64,000 nucleotides of DNA from an uncultured Gammaproteobacteria bacterium (GTDB lineage Bacteria; Pseudomonadota; Gammaproteobacteria; Steroidobacterales; Steroidobacteraceae): NCBI GenBank assembly GCA_963700045.1, contig CAVOWK010000032.1, positions 113,923 through 177,922 of the forward strand, in the 5' to 3' direction. Below, piece after piece: positions 9,743 to 24,360 of the stretch. The notes under the pieces are model-generated. The model did not search any database. It was not told where the DNA came from and saw only the letters and a list, made by a program, of their open reading frames with translations. Each line of letters opens with the position of its first letter. Position 1 is the stretch's first letter. The position numbers were made by a program, and so were the translations under genes.

Positions 9743-10222
9743 ATGCTTCGCATCAGCAAACTCACCGATTACGGCACGGTCATCCTGGCCTGCCTCGCCA
9801 CCGCCCCGGACCGCCGACTGACGGCGACCGAGGTGGCCGAGCGCACGCGGCTCGGTCTGCCCACGGTCAGCAAGCTCCTGAAGAATTTCCATCGGGCCGG
9901 CCTGCTCACCTCCACGCGGGGTTCGCGGGGCGGCTATCAGCTCGCCCGTCCGGCGGCCGCGATCAGCGCGGCCGCGATCATCGATGCGATCGAAGGCCCG
10001 GTGGCGATCACCGAGTGCAGCGGCAACCACAGCGCCTGCGACCTCGAACTGTCGTGCAGCACCGGCAATGCATGGCAACGCATCAACGGCGCCATTCGTC
10101 GCTCGCTCGATGACATCTCGCTCGCGCAGTTGTCGGGACAGGAGGCCGTCGCCGTCTGGCGCCCCGCCCTGTCCGCCGCGGTCCGCACACCCGCCGCGAC
10201 GCGTGGTCCAGGCCGGCTCTGA
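9743..10222 (+). CDS. Rrf2 family transcriptional regulator (IscR-type, suf-linked)
   Basis: [19 protein letters not shown] wHTH N-terminus and a Cys cluster ([17 protein letters not shown]), directly upstream of sufB. Confidence 0.8.
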   Translation: MLRISKLTDYGTVILACLATAPDRRLTATEVAERTRLGLPTVSKLLKNFHRAGLLTSTRGSRGGYQLARPAAAISAAAIIDAIEGPVAITECSGNHSACDLELSCSTGNAWQRINGAIRRSLDDISLAQLSGQEAVAVWRPALSAAVRTPAATRGPGRL

Positions 10223-10233
10223 GGAAATCACCG

Positions 10234-11682
<1,449 letters not shown>

Positions 11683-11707
11683 TCCGCGTCCATAGAGAAC
11701 AACAGAC

Positions 11708-12458
<751 letters not shown>

Positions 12459-12462
<4 letters not shown>

Positions 12463-13740
12463 GCGCCATCGCTCCCTCCCCGGCCATTGCGCACTACCGC
12501 GAGGCGTTCGAGCGGCTGCAATCCGAGCTGGGCGGAAGCGCTTCGCGATCGCGCAGCGGCGATGGAGCGCTTTGCCGAACTCGGGTTTCCCGGCGCGCGG
12601 GAAGAAGCCTGGAAGTACACCAGCCTCCGCCGCCTCGAATCGCGGCGATTCGTGCCGGCCACACCGGCGACGACGCCGGTCGATGTGCCGGCTGCTTTCG
12701 TTGCGCAGCGACTCGTGCTCGCCAACGGATCGCCGGTGGGCGCTGTTCCGGCTTCGCTCGGCGGCTTTGCGCTCGGCACGCTGACGGCCGCGCCCGAAGA
12801 TCAGTTGCTGCGTGCACTTTCGGCGGCGGCGGCACTGAACGCTTCGCAGCGCTCAACGCCGCATTGACCATCGGCCCGCTGCTGCTGTCCACGAAGGCTG
12901 GCCAGCAGAGCGACGGACGTCCTGCAACTCACACTGGTCACCACGGGCACGCGGCCCGACGCTTGCGAGCCCCCGCATTGCCGTGCGCATGGCGCCGGCA
13001 GCCGCGCACGCCTGCTGATCGACCACGTCGACGACGGCGCGCACGAACATTTCACCAATGCCGTGCTCGACATCGAACTCGGCGCCGGCGCGCACCTCAC
13101 CTTGTATCGGCTGCAGCGCCAGGGCGAGCGTGCTTTCCACATCGAACGGATAGAAGCCCGCGTCGGCGAGAACGCCACGTTCGTGATGCGCGACTCGCAG
13201 CTCGGCGCCGCACTGGCGCGCCTCGATACCAATGTCAGCCTGGACGGTCGCGCGGCCGCCACCGAAATCACGGGCGTCTTCCTGGCCGACGGTTCGCGGC
13301 ACCTCGACTCGCACATCCACGTCGACCATCGTGCGATCGAAACGACGAGCCTGCAGGATTACCGCGGCATCGCGGCCAACAAGGGCCGCGGCGTCTTCAA
13401 CGGCAAGGCGATCGTGCACGAAGGCGCGCAGAAGTCGAATGCGCGCCAGGTCAACCGCAACCTGCTGCTGACGCCGGGCGCCGAGATCGACACCAAGCCC
13501 GACCTCGAGATCTACGCGGACGACGTGCAGTGCAGCCACGGCACGACCACGGGCCAGCTGGACCCGAATGCCCTCTTCTACCTGCGCTCGCGCGGGCTCA
13601 GCGAACCCGAAGCGCGCAGCGCGCTCACGCGGGCGTTTGCCGGAGCCGTAATGGCGCGAGTCGATGAACCCGCCCTGGCCAGGCACGTGCATGACGAACT
13701 CGATCGGCGCCTCGTGCGCCTGCTGGAGGTGGCTGCATGA
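12459..13740 (+). pseudogene. sufD: Fe-S cluster assembly protein SufD, at least 4 frame changes
   Basis: SufD-like segments lie in three frames: [21 protein letters not shown]; EALRDRAAAMERFAELGFPGAREEAWKYTSLR; ERFAALNAALTIGPLLL; and a long C-terminal piece 13063-13740 ending LLEVAA. Confidence 0.85.
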
Positions 13741-14991
13741 ACGCCGTTCACGCCGTCGGCAGGCGATTCGGCCGCGCTCGACGTCGCCGCCATCCGCCGT
13801 GATTTCCCGGTACTGGAGCGCACGGTCCGCGGCCTGCCGCTCTCCTACCTCGACAACGCCGCCTCGAGCCAGCGCCCCCGCGCCGTCATCGACGCCATGT
13901 CGCATTACTACGAGAACTCGCACGCGAACGTGCACCGTGGCGTGCACACGCTGAGCCAGGAAGCGACCGACCTGTTCGAGGGCGCGCGCGAGAAGGTGCG
14001 TCGCTTCATCAATGCGAAGTCGACGAAGGAAATCATCTTCGTGCGCGGCACCACCGAGGCCATCAACCTCGTCGCACAGTCGTATGGCCGGCCGACCTTC
14101 GGCCCGGGCGACGAGATCCTGATTTCGTGGCTCGAGCACCACGCGAACATCGTGCCGTGGCAGATGCTGTGCCAGCAGACCGGGGCCACGCTCAAGGTCG
14201 CGCCGATCACGCAGTCGGGCGAAGTGGACTTCGACGCGTTCGCCGCCCTGCTCTCCCCGCGCACGAAGCTGGTGGCACTGGCGCACGTCTCGAATGCGCT
14301 CGGCACGGTCATCCCGGTACATCGTTTCATCGCGGCGGCCAGGGCGCGTGGCGTGCCGGTGCTGCTCGACGGCGCGCAGGCCGTTCCGCACATGAAAGTG
14401 GACGTGCAGGCGCTCGATTGCGATTTCTACGCCTTCTCCGGCCACAAGATGTGCGGTCCGACCGGCATCGGCGTGCTCTACGGCCGCGAGTCGCTGCTGA
14501 ACACGATGCCGCCCTGGCAGGGCGGCGGCGACATGATCCTGGCCGTATCGTTCGAAAAGACCGTCTACAACGGCCTGCCCTATAAGTTCGAGGCCGGCAC
14601 GCCGGACATCGCGGGCGCGATCGGTCTCGGCGCGGCGATCGATTACCTCGAAACGCTCGGCATGGAGCGCATTGCGGCCGCCGAGCACGCCTTGCTCGAC
14701 TACGCGAACGAACAGCTCGCAACCGTTCCCGGCCTGCGTTTCGTGGGCACGGCGCCCGAGAAAGCGGCTGTCGTCTCGTTCACGATCGACAGGGTGCATC
14801 CGCACGATCTGGGCACGATCCTCGACCACGAGGGCGTCGCGATCCGCACCGGCCACCACTGCGCGATGCCGGTCATGGAATTCTTCGGGCTGCCCGCGAC
14901 GGCGCGTGCGTCGTTCGCCTTCTACAACACGCGTGCCGAGATCGACCGGCTGGTCGCGGCCCTGCACACCGCGCGGGAGATGCTCGGCTGA
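13737..14991 (+). pseudogene. sufS: cysteine desulfurase SufS, possible frameshift within the first ~10 codons
   Basis: The conserved frame (DVAAIRRDFPVLE...NVHRGVHTLS...) opens at 13741 with no ATG, GTG or TTG before 13897. An ATG at 13737 overlaps the sufD stop but is in another frame. Confidence 0.88.
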
Positions 14992-15434
14992 TGGACCTCA
15001 AGGACCTGTACCGCGACGTCATCGTCGACCACAACCGGCATCCACGCAATTTCCGCGAGATCCCGGACGCGGATCGCCGCGCCGACGGCTTCAACCCGCT
15101 GTGTGGCGACAAGCTGACGGTGTTCGTGAAACTCGACGGCGGCCGCATCAGCGACGTGTCCTTCAACGGCAGCGGCTGCGCGATCTCGATCGCTTCGGCC
15201 TCGCTGCTCACCGAGAGCGTCAAGGGCAAGACCATTGCGGAGGCCGAAGGACTGTTCTCGCAGATGCACCAGCTGCTGACGCGCGACGACGTCGACATCG
15301 ACGTGACCAGCCTCGGCAAGCTCGGCGCGCTGTCAGGCGTCCGTGAGTTCCCGGCCCGCGTGAAGTGCGCCAGCCTCTGCTGGCACACGCTCGACGCGGC
15401 ACTGCATCAGCAGGAACAGGTTTCGACCGAATAA
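14991..15434 (+). CDS. sufU: SUF-system NifU-family scaffold/sulfur-transfer protein (SufU-type)
   Basis: 147 aa with NPLCGDKL, GSGCAIS and ARVKCASL motifs. Confidence 0.8.
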   Translation: MDLKDLYRDVIVDHNRHPRNFREIPDADRRADGFNPLCGDKLTVFVKLDGGRISDVSFNGSGCAISIASASLLTESVKGKTIAEAEGLFSQMHQLLTRDDVDIDVTSLGKLGALSGVREFPARVKCASLCWHTLDAALHQQEQVSTE

Positions 15435-15457
15435 CCATCGATCGACAGGAGCCCGCT

Positions 15458-16006
15458 TTGTACCGAGCCGACAACGAACCCGTGAACTTCACCCGCGACG
15501 TGGACGCGGTGATCGTTCCTGCGGGCGTCAACGTGAAACTGCGCCAGGGCCAGCAGGGCTACATCACGCAGGCCCTCGGCGGCAGCTTCACCGTCTACGT
15601 CGAGGGCAACCTCTTCCGCATCGCGGGCAAGGACGCGGACGCGCTCGGCAAGGAACCGGCGGAGACGCCCGAATTGCCGCCGAATGCGAGCGACGACGAC
15701 GTGAAGCAGGTTGCCTGGCAGCAGATGAAGGGCTGCTACGACCCGGAGATCCCGATCAACATCGTGGACCTCGGCCTGGTCTACGAATGCGAAGTCATCC
15801 CCGACGGCGATGGCCGCGTGCTTTCGATCAAGATGACGCTGACTGCGCCAGGTTGCGGCATGGGTGACGTGCTCGTCGCCGACGTCAAGGAAAAAGTCGG
15901 GGTCATCCCGACAGTGAAGCACGCGGACGTCGAACTCGTGTTCGATCCGCCGTGGGACCAGTCGATGATGTCCGAGGCAGCGCGGCTGCAGACGGGGATG
16001 ATGTGA
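15458..16006 (+). CDS. sufT: DUF59-domain Fe-S assembly protein SufT-like
   Basis: TTG start at 15458 preceded by ACAGGAG. C-terminal DUF59 motif (YDPEIPINIVDLGLVY...LTAPGCGMG). Confidence 0.7.
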   Translation: MYRADNEPVNFTRDVDAVIVPAGVNVKLRQGQQGYITQALGGSFTVYVEGNLFRIAGKDADALGKEPAETPELPPNASDDDVKQVAWQQMKGCYDPEIPINIVDLGLVYECEVIPDGDGRVLSIKMTLTAPGCGMGDVLVADVKEKVGVIPTVKHADVELVFDPPWDQSMMSEAARLQTGMM

Positions 16007-16035
16007 ACGCATCGGCAGCGCAACTTCGGGCCTGA

Positions 16036-16368
16036 TTCGCGCTGTGCGCTGGACGCTACGACCCCTGGATCCGCGTCGCACCCGCCACGGACATCAAGCC
16101 CGGCGATTACGCCTCGGCCGAAGTCGACGGGGCGTTCGTCGCCGTCTACAACATCGACGGCGAGTTCTTCGCGATCGAGGACGTCTGCACGCACGACGGC
16201 GGCGGTCTCGCCGGCGGCGTGGTCGAGGATCACCAGGTCATCTGCCCGCGCCACGGCGCGCGCTTCTGCCTGCGCACCGGCAAGGCGCTGACCCCGCCCG
16301 CCTACGAGCCCGTGAAGAGTCACGCAACGCGGGTTGTCGACGGATTCGTCGAGGTCGCCGGCGAATGA
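16036..16368 (+). CDS. Rieske [2Fe-2S] domain protein (start unresolved)
   Basis: Absent from the ORF track. My own translation gives WIRVAPATDIKPGD...CTHDGGGL...CPRHGARFCLRTGKAL..., the Rieske CxH...CxxH pattern, with TGA at 16366-16368. No canonical start lies in this frame after the stop at 16033. Confidence 0.65.
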   Translation, partial: FALCAGRYDPWIRVAPATDIKPGDYASAEVDGAFVAVYNIDGEFFAIEDVCTHDGGGLAGGVVEDHQVICPRHGARFCLRTGKALTPPAYEPVKSHATRVVDGFVEVAGE

Positions 16369-16433
16369 GCCTCGGAAGCTGAGCAAGGGCAAGGTGCAGC
16401 GCCTGCGAAGCGGGCCGCCTGGACACGGGTGCG

Positions 16434-16932
16434 ATGCGGAGACTGACGCTGGTCCGGCATGCGAAGGCGGACACGTCGCTGCCGGGGCAGCAGGACTGGG
16501 ACCGGGTTCTCGACCGTCGCGGCCAGCAGGATGCACCGGAAATGGCGCGCCGGCTCCGCGCGCGCAAGCTGAAGCCCGACCTGATCCTGTCGAGCCCCGC
16601 CGTGCGCGCGCTGTCGACCGCCAGCATCATGGCCCGCGAACTGAAGGTTCACGCCGACAGGATCGCGCAGGACGAGCGCCTGTACCTCGCCGACCCGAAG
16701 CGGATCGTGGAGGTCGTTCATGAACTGGGCGGCGATGCGCAGACACGTGATGGTGTTTGCGCACAACCCGGGCATCACGGACTGCGCCAACAAGCTTTCG
16801 GCCGGCGATCACATCGACACGTTGCCGACGTGCGGAGTCTTCACCGCGTGCTTCGCGGTGGACGACTGGTCACAGCTCGATTGGGCGAGCGGCCTCGAGG
16901 CCGAATTCGACTACCCGCGCAACCTCGCGTAG
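16434..16932 (+). pseudogene. sixA: SixA-like histidine phosphatase, apparent frameshift near 16735-16745
   Basis: RHAKA catalytic-His motif at the N-terminus. The C-terminal half (RHVMVFAHNPGITD...) lies in the frame of ORF 16720-16932. Confidence 0.7.
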
Positions 16933-16944
16933 CGGGCTGCGGCG

Positions 16945-17651
16945 TCAGCCGCGCCCGAAGACGGGAATGGCGGCACCAGTCACCGGCGCAGCCTCCGCCG
17001 ATGCCAGGAACAGGATCACTTGCGCGATCGCCTCGGGACTCACCCACCGCGTGAAGTCCGCCTTGGGCATATCGAGCCGGTTGCGTGGCGTGTCGATGAT
17101 GCCTGGCAGGATCGCGTTGACCGTGATGTTGCGATCCTTCAGTTCCTCCGCCAGCGCCTCGGTGAAGCGCTGCACACCCGCCTTGGACGCCGCATAGGCA
17201 CCCATGCCCAGCGCCGCCTTGCCCGCGGCACCGGCGCCAATGTTGACGATGCGACCGCCGCCGCGCTCGAGCATGGCCGGGAGCGCGCACTTCGACGCAA
17301 CGACGGCCGAGCGCAGGTTCATCGAGTAGAGCGAATCCCAGGTGCCGATGTCGCCATCCTCGATTTTTTCCCAGCGGAAGCCGCCGGCCACGTTGACCAG
17401 CACGTCGATGCCGCCGAAGCGCATCGCAATGGCGGCCATCGCCTTGCGCGTCGCATCGAGTCGGCGAGATCCGCGCCGCCGAGCAGCATGTGCCCCGCAC
17501 CGCCGAAATCCCTCTGCAGTTCGGCGGACGGCTGCGACACATCGACCAACGCGAGCCTGGCGCCGGCCTGGCCAAAGGCACGCGCGACCGCCGAGCCAAG
17601 CGCACCGAACGCGCCCGTGATCACGACCACCGAATCGACTGGCTGCATCAT
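16945..17651 (-). pseudogene. SDR family oxidoreductase, apparent frameshift near 17465-17475
   Basis: The N-terminal Rossmann motif VVVITGAFGALG is in frame 17319-17651. The catalytic half (YAASKAGV..., NAILPGIIDTP) is in frame 16945-17670. Confidence 0.8.
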
Positions 17652-17671
17652 GCCTCCGCGGTACCGTCAAC

Positions 17672-19045
<1,374 letters not shown>

Positions 19046-19070
19046 GGGCTCCTTGCGCGGGCGGGCCCGC

Positions 19071-22000
19071 TCACTCCATCGCCAGCAGCGAAGCGTTGCC
19101 GCCCACCGCCGAGGTATTGATCGTCATCGTGCGCTCGTGCGCGTAGCGGTGGAGGTAGAACGGCCCGCCGGCTTTAGGTCCCGTGCCCGACAGGCCCGAG
19201 CCGCCAAACGGCTGCGTGCCCACGACCGCACCGATGATGTTGCGGTTGACGTAGACATTGCCCGCTGCCACGCGGCTCGCCACCCGACGCACCGTGCCGT
19301 CGATGCGGCTGTGGATGCCGAAGGTGAGACCGAAGCCGGTCGCGTTGATCGCATCCACGAGCGCCTCGAGGTCGCGCGCCTTGTAGGTCACGAGGTGCAT
19401 GATCGGACCGAACCACTCGCGCTCGAGCATCGAAAGCGACGCGATCTCCACCGCGAGCGGCGCGACGAACGTGCCGGCCCGCGTGACGTCCGGCAGCTTG
19501 ATGCGGTGATGCCACGCAGCCGCCTGCATGACTTCGTGCGCATGCGCTTCAAGCATGGCGCGCGCCTCTTCGTCGATGACAGGACCGACGTCGGTTTCGA
19601 GGTACGCGGGATCGCCGACCACCAGTTCTTCCATGTAGCCGGCCAGCAGCCGCTTCACCTTCGGCGCGATGTCTTCCTGCACGCACAGCACCCGCAGCGC
19701 CGAGCAGCGCTGTCCTGCGCTGTTGAACGCCGACTGGACCGCATCGATGACGACCTGTTCCGGCAGCGCCGAGCTGTCGACGATCATCGCGTTCTGGCCG
19801 CCGGTCTCCGCGATCAGCGCGCCGATCGGTCCGTTACGGGCGGCGAGCGTGCGATTGATGATCCGCGCAGTCTCGGTGGAGCCCGTGAAAGCGACCCCCG
19901 CAATGCGCGGATCGGCCACCGCAGCGGCACCCACGATGGCACCATCGCCCGGCAGGAAATGCAGCACTTCGGCTGGCACGCCCGCCTGCAGCACAGGCGC
20001 ACAGCGTGCGCCGCCACGAGCGGCGTCTGCTCGGCCGGCTTCGCCAGCACGGCATTGCCTGCGGCCAATGCGGCGGCGACCTGCCCCGCGAAGATCGCGA
20101 GCGGGAAATTCCAGGGGCTGATGCAGGTGAACACGCCGCGCCCATGCAGGCTCAGCTCGTTGCTCTCGCCGGTCGGTCCCGGCAGACGTTGCGGGCTCGC
20201 GAATTCGTGCCGGCACGGGCCGCGTAATAACGCAGGAAGTCGACGGCTTCGCGCACCTCGGCGATGCCGTCCGGCACCGACTTGCCCGCCTCGCGCACGC
20301 ACATCGCGACGAGTTCAGCCGTGCTCTCTTCGAAGAGGTCGGCCGCCTTGTCGAGTGCGTCGCCGCGCACGCCTGCGGGCGTGGCGTCCCAGGCCGGCTG
20401 CGCCTGCACCGCGATGTCGATCGCCTTGCGCACATGGTCCGTCGTCGCATTCGCCACGCTGCCGACGACGTCGGCATGATTCGCTGGATTGCGGATGGTG
20501 TCGGCCGTCCCGCCCTGCTCGTCGCCACCGACCAGGGGTGCCGCCACCCAGGCACGACGCGACACGTGCTCCATGCGGTCCGCCATCGTCTTGCACACCG
20601 CGCCGTTCGCGAGATGCACGCCCAGCGAGTTCCTGCGTTCCGGCTGGTAGATGTCGAGCGGCTGCGGGATGCGCGGATGCGCGACCTGTTCGAAACCGTC
20701 GACCGTGCGCACCGGGTCCGCGATGATCGCGTCGATCGGTTCGTTCTCGTTGACGATGCGGTTGACGAACGACGTGTTCGAACCGTTCTCGAGCAGGCGG
20801 CGCACCAGGTACGGCAGCAGGTCTTCGTGCTCGCCGACCGGGGCGTACACGCGGCACGGAATGCCGAGGCCGCTCGGATCCGTGACGTGCGTGTAGAGTT
20901 CCTCGCCCATGCCGTGCAGGCGCTGGAACTCGAACTCGAACCCGGCCTTCCTGGCCATGCTGGCAACAGCTGCGACGGTGTGCGCGTTGTGCGTGGCGAA
21001 CTGCGGATAAAGCACGCCCTTGCCCTGTTCAAACGTGTAACGCGCGCATGCGAGGTAAGACACGTCGGTATTGGGCTTGCGCGTGTACAGCGGGTAACCC
21101 GGCAGGCCGCGCTCCTGGCCACGCTTGATCTCGGCGTCCCAGTAGGCGCCCTTCACCGGCGGACGTGCAGGATGCGCCTCGTTTCCTGCGCCAGGCTGAC
21201 GATGTACTTCAGCATCGGCAGCGCGCGCTTCTGATAGGTCTGCACGGCGATGCCGAAGCCGTTCCATCCGGCGAGCGACGGATCGCGGCAGACCGCCGCC
21301 AGCAGTTCCATCGTCAGTTCCAGCTGCTCGGATTTTTCCGTGTCGAGCGTCAGCGCGATGCCCGCCGCGCGCGCCAGGCGGACAGTTCCACCAGCCGCGG
21401 CGTGAGTTCACGATGAACGCGCTGCCGGTGCGAGCGCTCGAAGCGCGGATGCATCGCGGAGAGCTTCACGGAGATGCTCGGGCGCGACTCGAAGTCCGGG
21501 TATTCGTTGACGCGGGCCGCGAGCGAGCCGATGGCCGTGCGGTAGGCATCGAAATACCGGCTGGCGTCGGCCGTGGTCAGCGCCGCCTCGCCCAGCATGT
21601 CGAACGTGTAGCGATACCGCCGGTTGGTGCCGCTCAGCGAGTTGTCGAGCGCCTCCTTCATCGTGCGGCCCATCACGAACTGGTGGCCCATGATGCGCAT
21701 GGCCTGGCGCATCGCCGTGCGCACCACGGGTTCACCCATGCCCCTCACCCACTCGGCTCATCACGCCTTCCGGCGCGGCGACGTCGTTCGGATCGAGCCG
21801 CACGATGCGGCCCGTGAGCATCAGCCCCCAGGTCGACGCGTTGACGAGCAGGGACTGGCTGTCGCCCAGGTGGCGGGCCCAACCAGCGGCACGCAGCTTG
21901 TCGGCGATCAGGCGATCCGCGGTCTTGTCATCGGGAATGCGGAGCAGCGCCTCGGCGAGGCACATGAGGATGACGCCTTCCTGCGACGACAGGTCGTACT

Positions 22001-22193
22001 GCCGCAGAAACGCGTCGAGTCCGGTCTTGGCTGCAGGCGCCCTGCGCACGGCCTCGACCAGCTTGCGCGCCGTCGCCTGCACTTCTTCGTGCTGCGCGGG
22101 ATCGAGGCGGGCCATGTCCGCCAGCGAGCGGACCAGCGCCTCCTCGTCACCCAGGAAATCGTCGTTGATCGCCTGACCCACCGGGGTCAGCAA
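19071..22193 (-). pseudogene. putA: bifunctional proline dehydrogenase / P5C dehydrogenase PutA, about 5 frame changes
   Basis: PutA segments sit in alternating frames (TTG start 22193). Junctions are near 21740, 21385, 21158, 20225-20300 and 19995. Together they give about 1040 codons, ending ...VGGNASLLAME. Confidence 0.9.
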
Positions 22194-22353
22194 GTAATGG
22201 ACACGGAAAACAGGAAGCGCGACGATGGCGCCTCGCGATTCGAACCAGACATGGGGGATTCGCCTGCAAAAATGATCCCCAATCGATCCAAAATGCTGAC
22301 GTCCCGCGGGGGTTCCCCCGCCGCGGGACGTGCTGCACTGCGTTAAGAAACGG

Positions 22354-23065
22354 TTACTTCGTCTCGTAGAGCAGGCCGACCGTCGTCAACGTTCGGTGTT
22401 TCCATGCCGGGCTGGACGTCGGTGTTGTGCTGCACCTGGTAACCCACGCGCAGCCCGAGCGCACCCGAGATCGTCATCTCCAGGCCGAGGTCGTTCTGCA
22501 TGTAGGCGTTGTCCGAACCGGTTTCCACGAGGAAGCGGTCGACGAACTTGGTGGTGTCGGTCAGCTGGTGCTCGAAACCAATGTCGCCGCGGAAGATGAC
22601 GCCGTCCTCGGAGTCGCCGGTGTCGCGGATTTCGGCGTAGCGGTAGCCGGGACCGCCCTGCACCCAGAACTTGGTGCGCTCGGTGTCGATGATCTTGTAG
22701 CCGAGACCGCCGGCCAGCGAGGCCTGGTAGTCGTACTGGCTGAAGCGGTCGTCTTCGTAGCGTCCGGCGCCAAAGCGTATGCGCGCTCGGTCAGTTCGTA
22801 CTGGGTCTGCCCGCGCAATTCCCAGCGCTGGGCGGTGGTGCTGCCGCTTTCGCTGCCGTAGTTGCCAGCAAAGCCGAACGTGTACCGGCCAGTTGTCGAC
22901 CGTGTTCTTCAATTCGAGCGCGGCGCTCGCGGCCTGGTTCTCGCTGTTGCCGGTCGCGAACGACGCGCCAATGTTGCCCTTGCCGGTCCAGTCGGCCAGG
23001 GCGGGCGTGGCGCCGCCGCAGAGTGCGAGGGCGATGCAGAACTGGGGGATACGGATCGTCGACAT
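22354..23065 (-). pseudogene. DUF481-type outer-membrane beta-barrel protein, 3 apparent frameshifts
   Basis: Signal peptide MSTIRIPQFCIALALCGGATPALA. Shifts near 22882, 22775 and 22378; frame correction restores ...TTVGLLYETK with TAA at 22354. Confidence 0.7.
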
Positions 23066-23209
23066 GGAGGCTCCTTGCCGGGCTCGAGGCGGAAAAAAAG
23101 GCGCGCGAGTATAGCCGCCCGACCCGTGATTCGCGAAATGCGCCGACCGAGCTCGAACGAGCTTGCATCGGTCTGCGGTGCACGAAGACTTCCCTCTCCC
23201 CGAGCCCGG

Positions 23210-24015
23210 ATGCACCCGATGCCTGAAGCCGCGCAGAAAATCGTCGCCACCGTCGAAAACTTCATGACCGACGTCGTGGAGGCCTCGAACACGAAACCCG
23301 TCCTGGTGGATTTCTGGGCCCCCTGGTGCGGCCCATGCCGCACGCTGATGCCGTTGCTCGACCGGATTGCGGACGATTACGAGGGCCGCTTCATCCTTGC
23401 CAAGGTCAACACCGAAGAGCAGCCGCAACTGGCATCGCATTTCCAGATACGGAGCATCCCGACCGTCCTGCTCATCCACCAGGGCGAGGTGGTCGACCAG
23501 TTCGTGGGCCTGCAGCCCGAACCGGCCATCAAGGCCCTGCTCGACCGGTACGTGACCCCGGCGGGCGCAGTGGTCGAGTCGGTCGCGGCGGCCCGCATCG
23601 CCGACCGGCCCAGGACCTCGCCACGCGACTGCTGGATCAGCGCGAGGCGGAGGGCGCGGCGGCGGCGATCGAGGCACTGGCGGCCGCCCAGGCCGACCAT
23701 CCGCAACTGGGAGCACTGCGGGCGCGGCTCGCATTCGTCCAGGCCGCCAATGCCCAGCCGGACGTCATGTCGCTGCGTGCGGCCCTGGAAGCGAACCCGT
23801 CCGACGCGGCGGCACGGCATGCGCTGGCGGCGCACCATGCGCTGGCAGGCGATTACGGGACGGCCCTGGCCGAGTGGCTGGAATTGATGCGACGCGACAG
23901 GAAGTTCGGTGACGACGCCGGACGGCGGGCGCTGATGCAGGCGTTCGAGGTGCTGGGCGAGCAGGACCCGCTCGTCACGCAATACCGGCGCCGCATGGCG
24001 AGCTTATTGCATTGA
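23210..24015 (+). pseudogene. cnoX: thioredoxin-domain plus TPR chaperedoxin (YbbN/CnoX-like), apparent frameshift near 23600-23615
   Basis: The thioredoxin fold with WAPWCGPC is in the first frame. The TPR-like C-terminal half (…LAGDYGTALAEWLELMRRDRKFGDD...) is in the frame of ORF 23326-24015. Confidence 0.8.
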
Positions 24016-24046
24016 TGTCTCCGGTTGCTGGTCGTGGAATACCGCC

Positions 24047-24076
24047 TTGCGCGACTCGCCGCGACCGAAGTATAAA
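24047..24076 (+). promoter_or_regulatory. possible sigma70-type promoter for the small acidic ORF
   Basis: TTGCGC (24047-24052), 18-nt spacer, TATAAA (24071-24076), about 30 nt upstream of ATG 24106. Confidence 0.35.
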
Positions 24077-24105
24077 AACGCGCACCTTGCCCACTGGGTT
24101 TTTCG

Positions 24106-24360
24106 ATGCACGAGAAGCCGGAATCAGCGGACGAGTTCGAGGACGAGGACACCGAGGAAGCCGTCGGGGGCGATGAAGCCCTCGACGTCGATCGCCTCAT
24201 CCAGGACCTCGACAAGCGCAAGCGCGGCGCGCCGAAAGGCGCGGAGCCCGCGTGGCGCAAGCTCGAACGCATGATGGAACAGAAGCGCACGTCGGAGTTG
24301 CTGAGCGACTTCGACGACTACGACGTGGGCGACCGCCCGCGGCCGCGCAGAGGTCAGTGA
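24106..24360 (+). CDS. small acidic hypothetical protein (84 aa)
   Basis: ORF with an acidic N-terminus and a basic/acidic helix ([25 protein letters not shown]). It resembles small PA3496-like proteins, recalled from memory only. Its 3' end overlaps the dnaE2 stop by 7 nt. Confidence 0.45.
   Translation: MHEKPESADEFEDEDTEEAVGGDEALDVDRLIQDLDKRKRGAPKGAEPAWRKLERMMEQKRTSELLSDFDDYDVGDRPRPRRGQ

Noticed and set aside
22343-23734. 463-aa track ORF as a large outer-membrane protein
   Set aside because: Everything upstream of ATG 23065 is an antisense shadow of the cnoX gene. Only the DUF481-like part, with its signal peptide, is credible.
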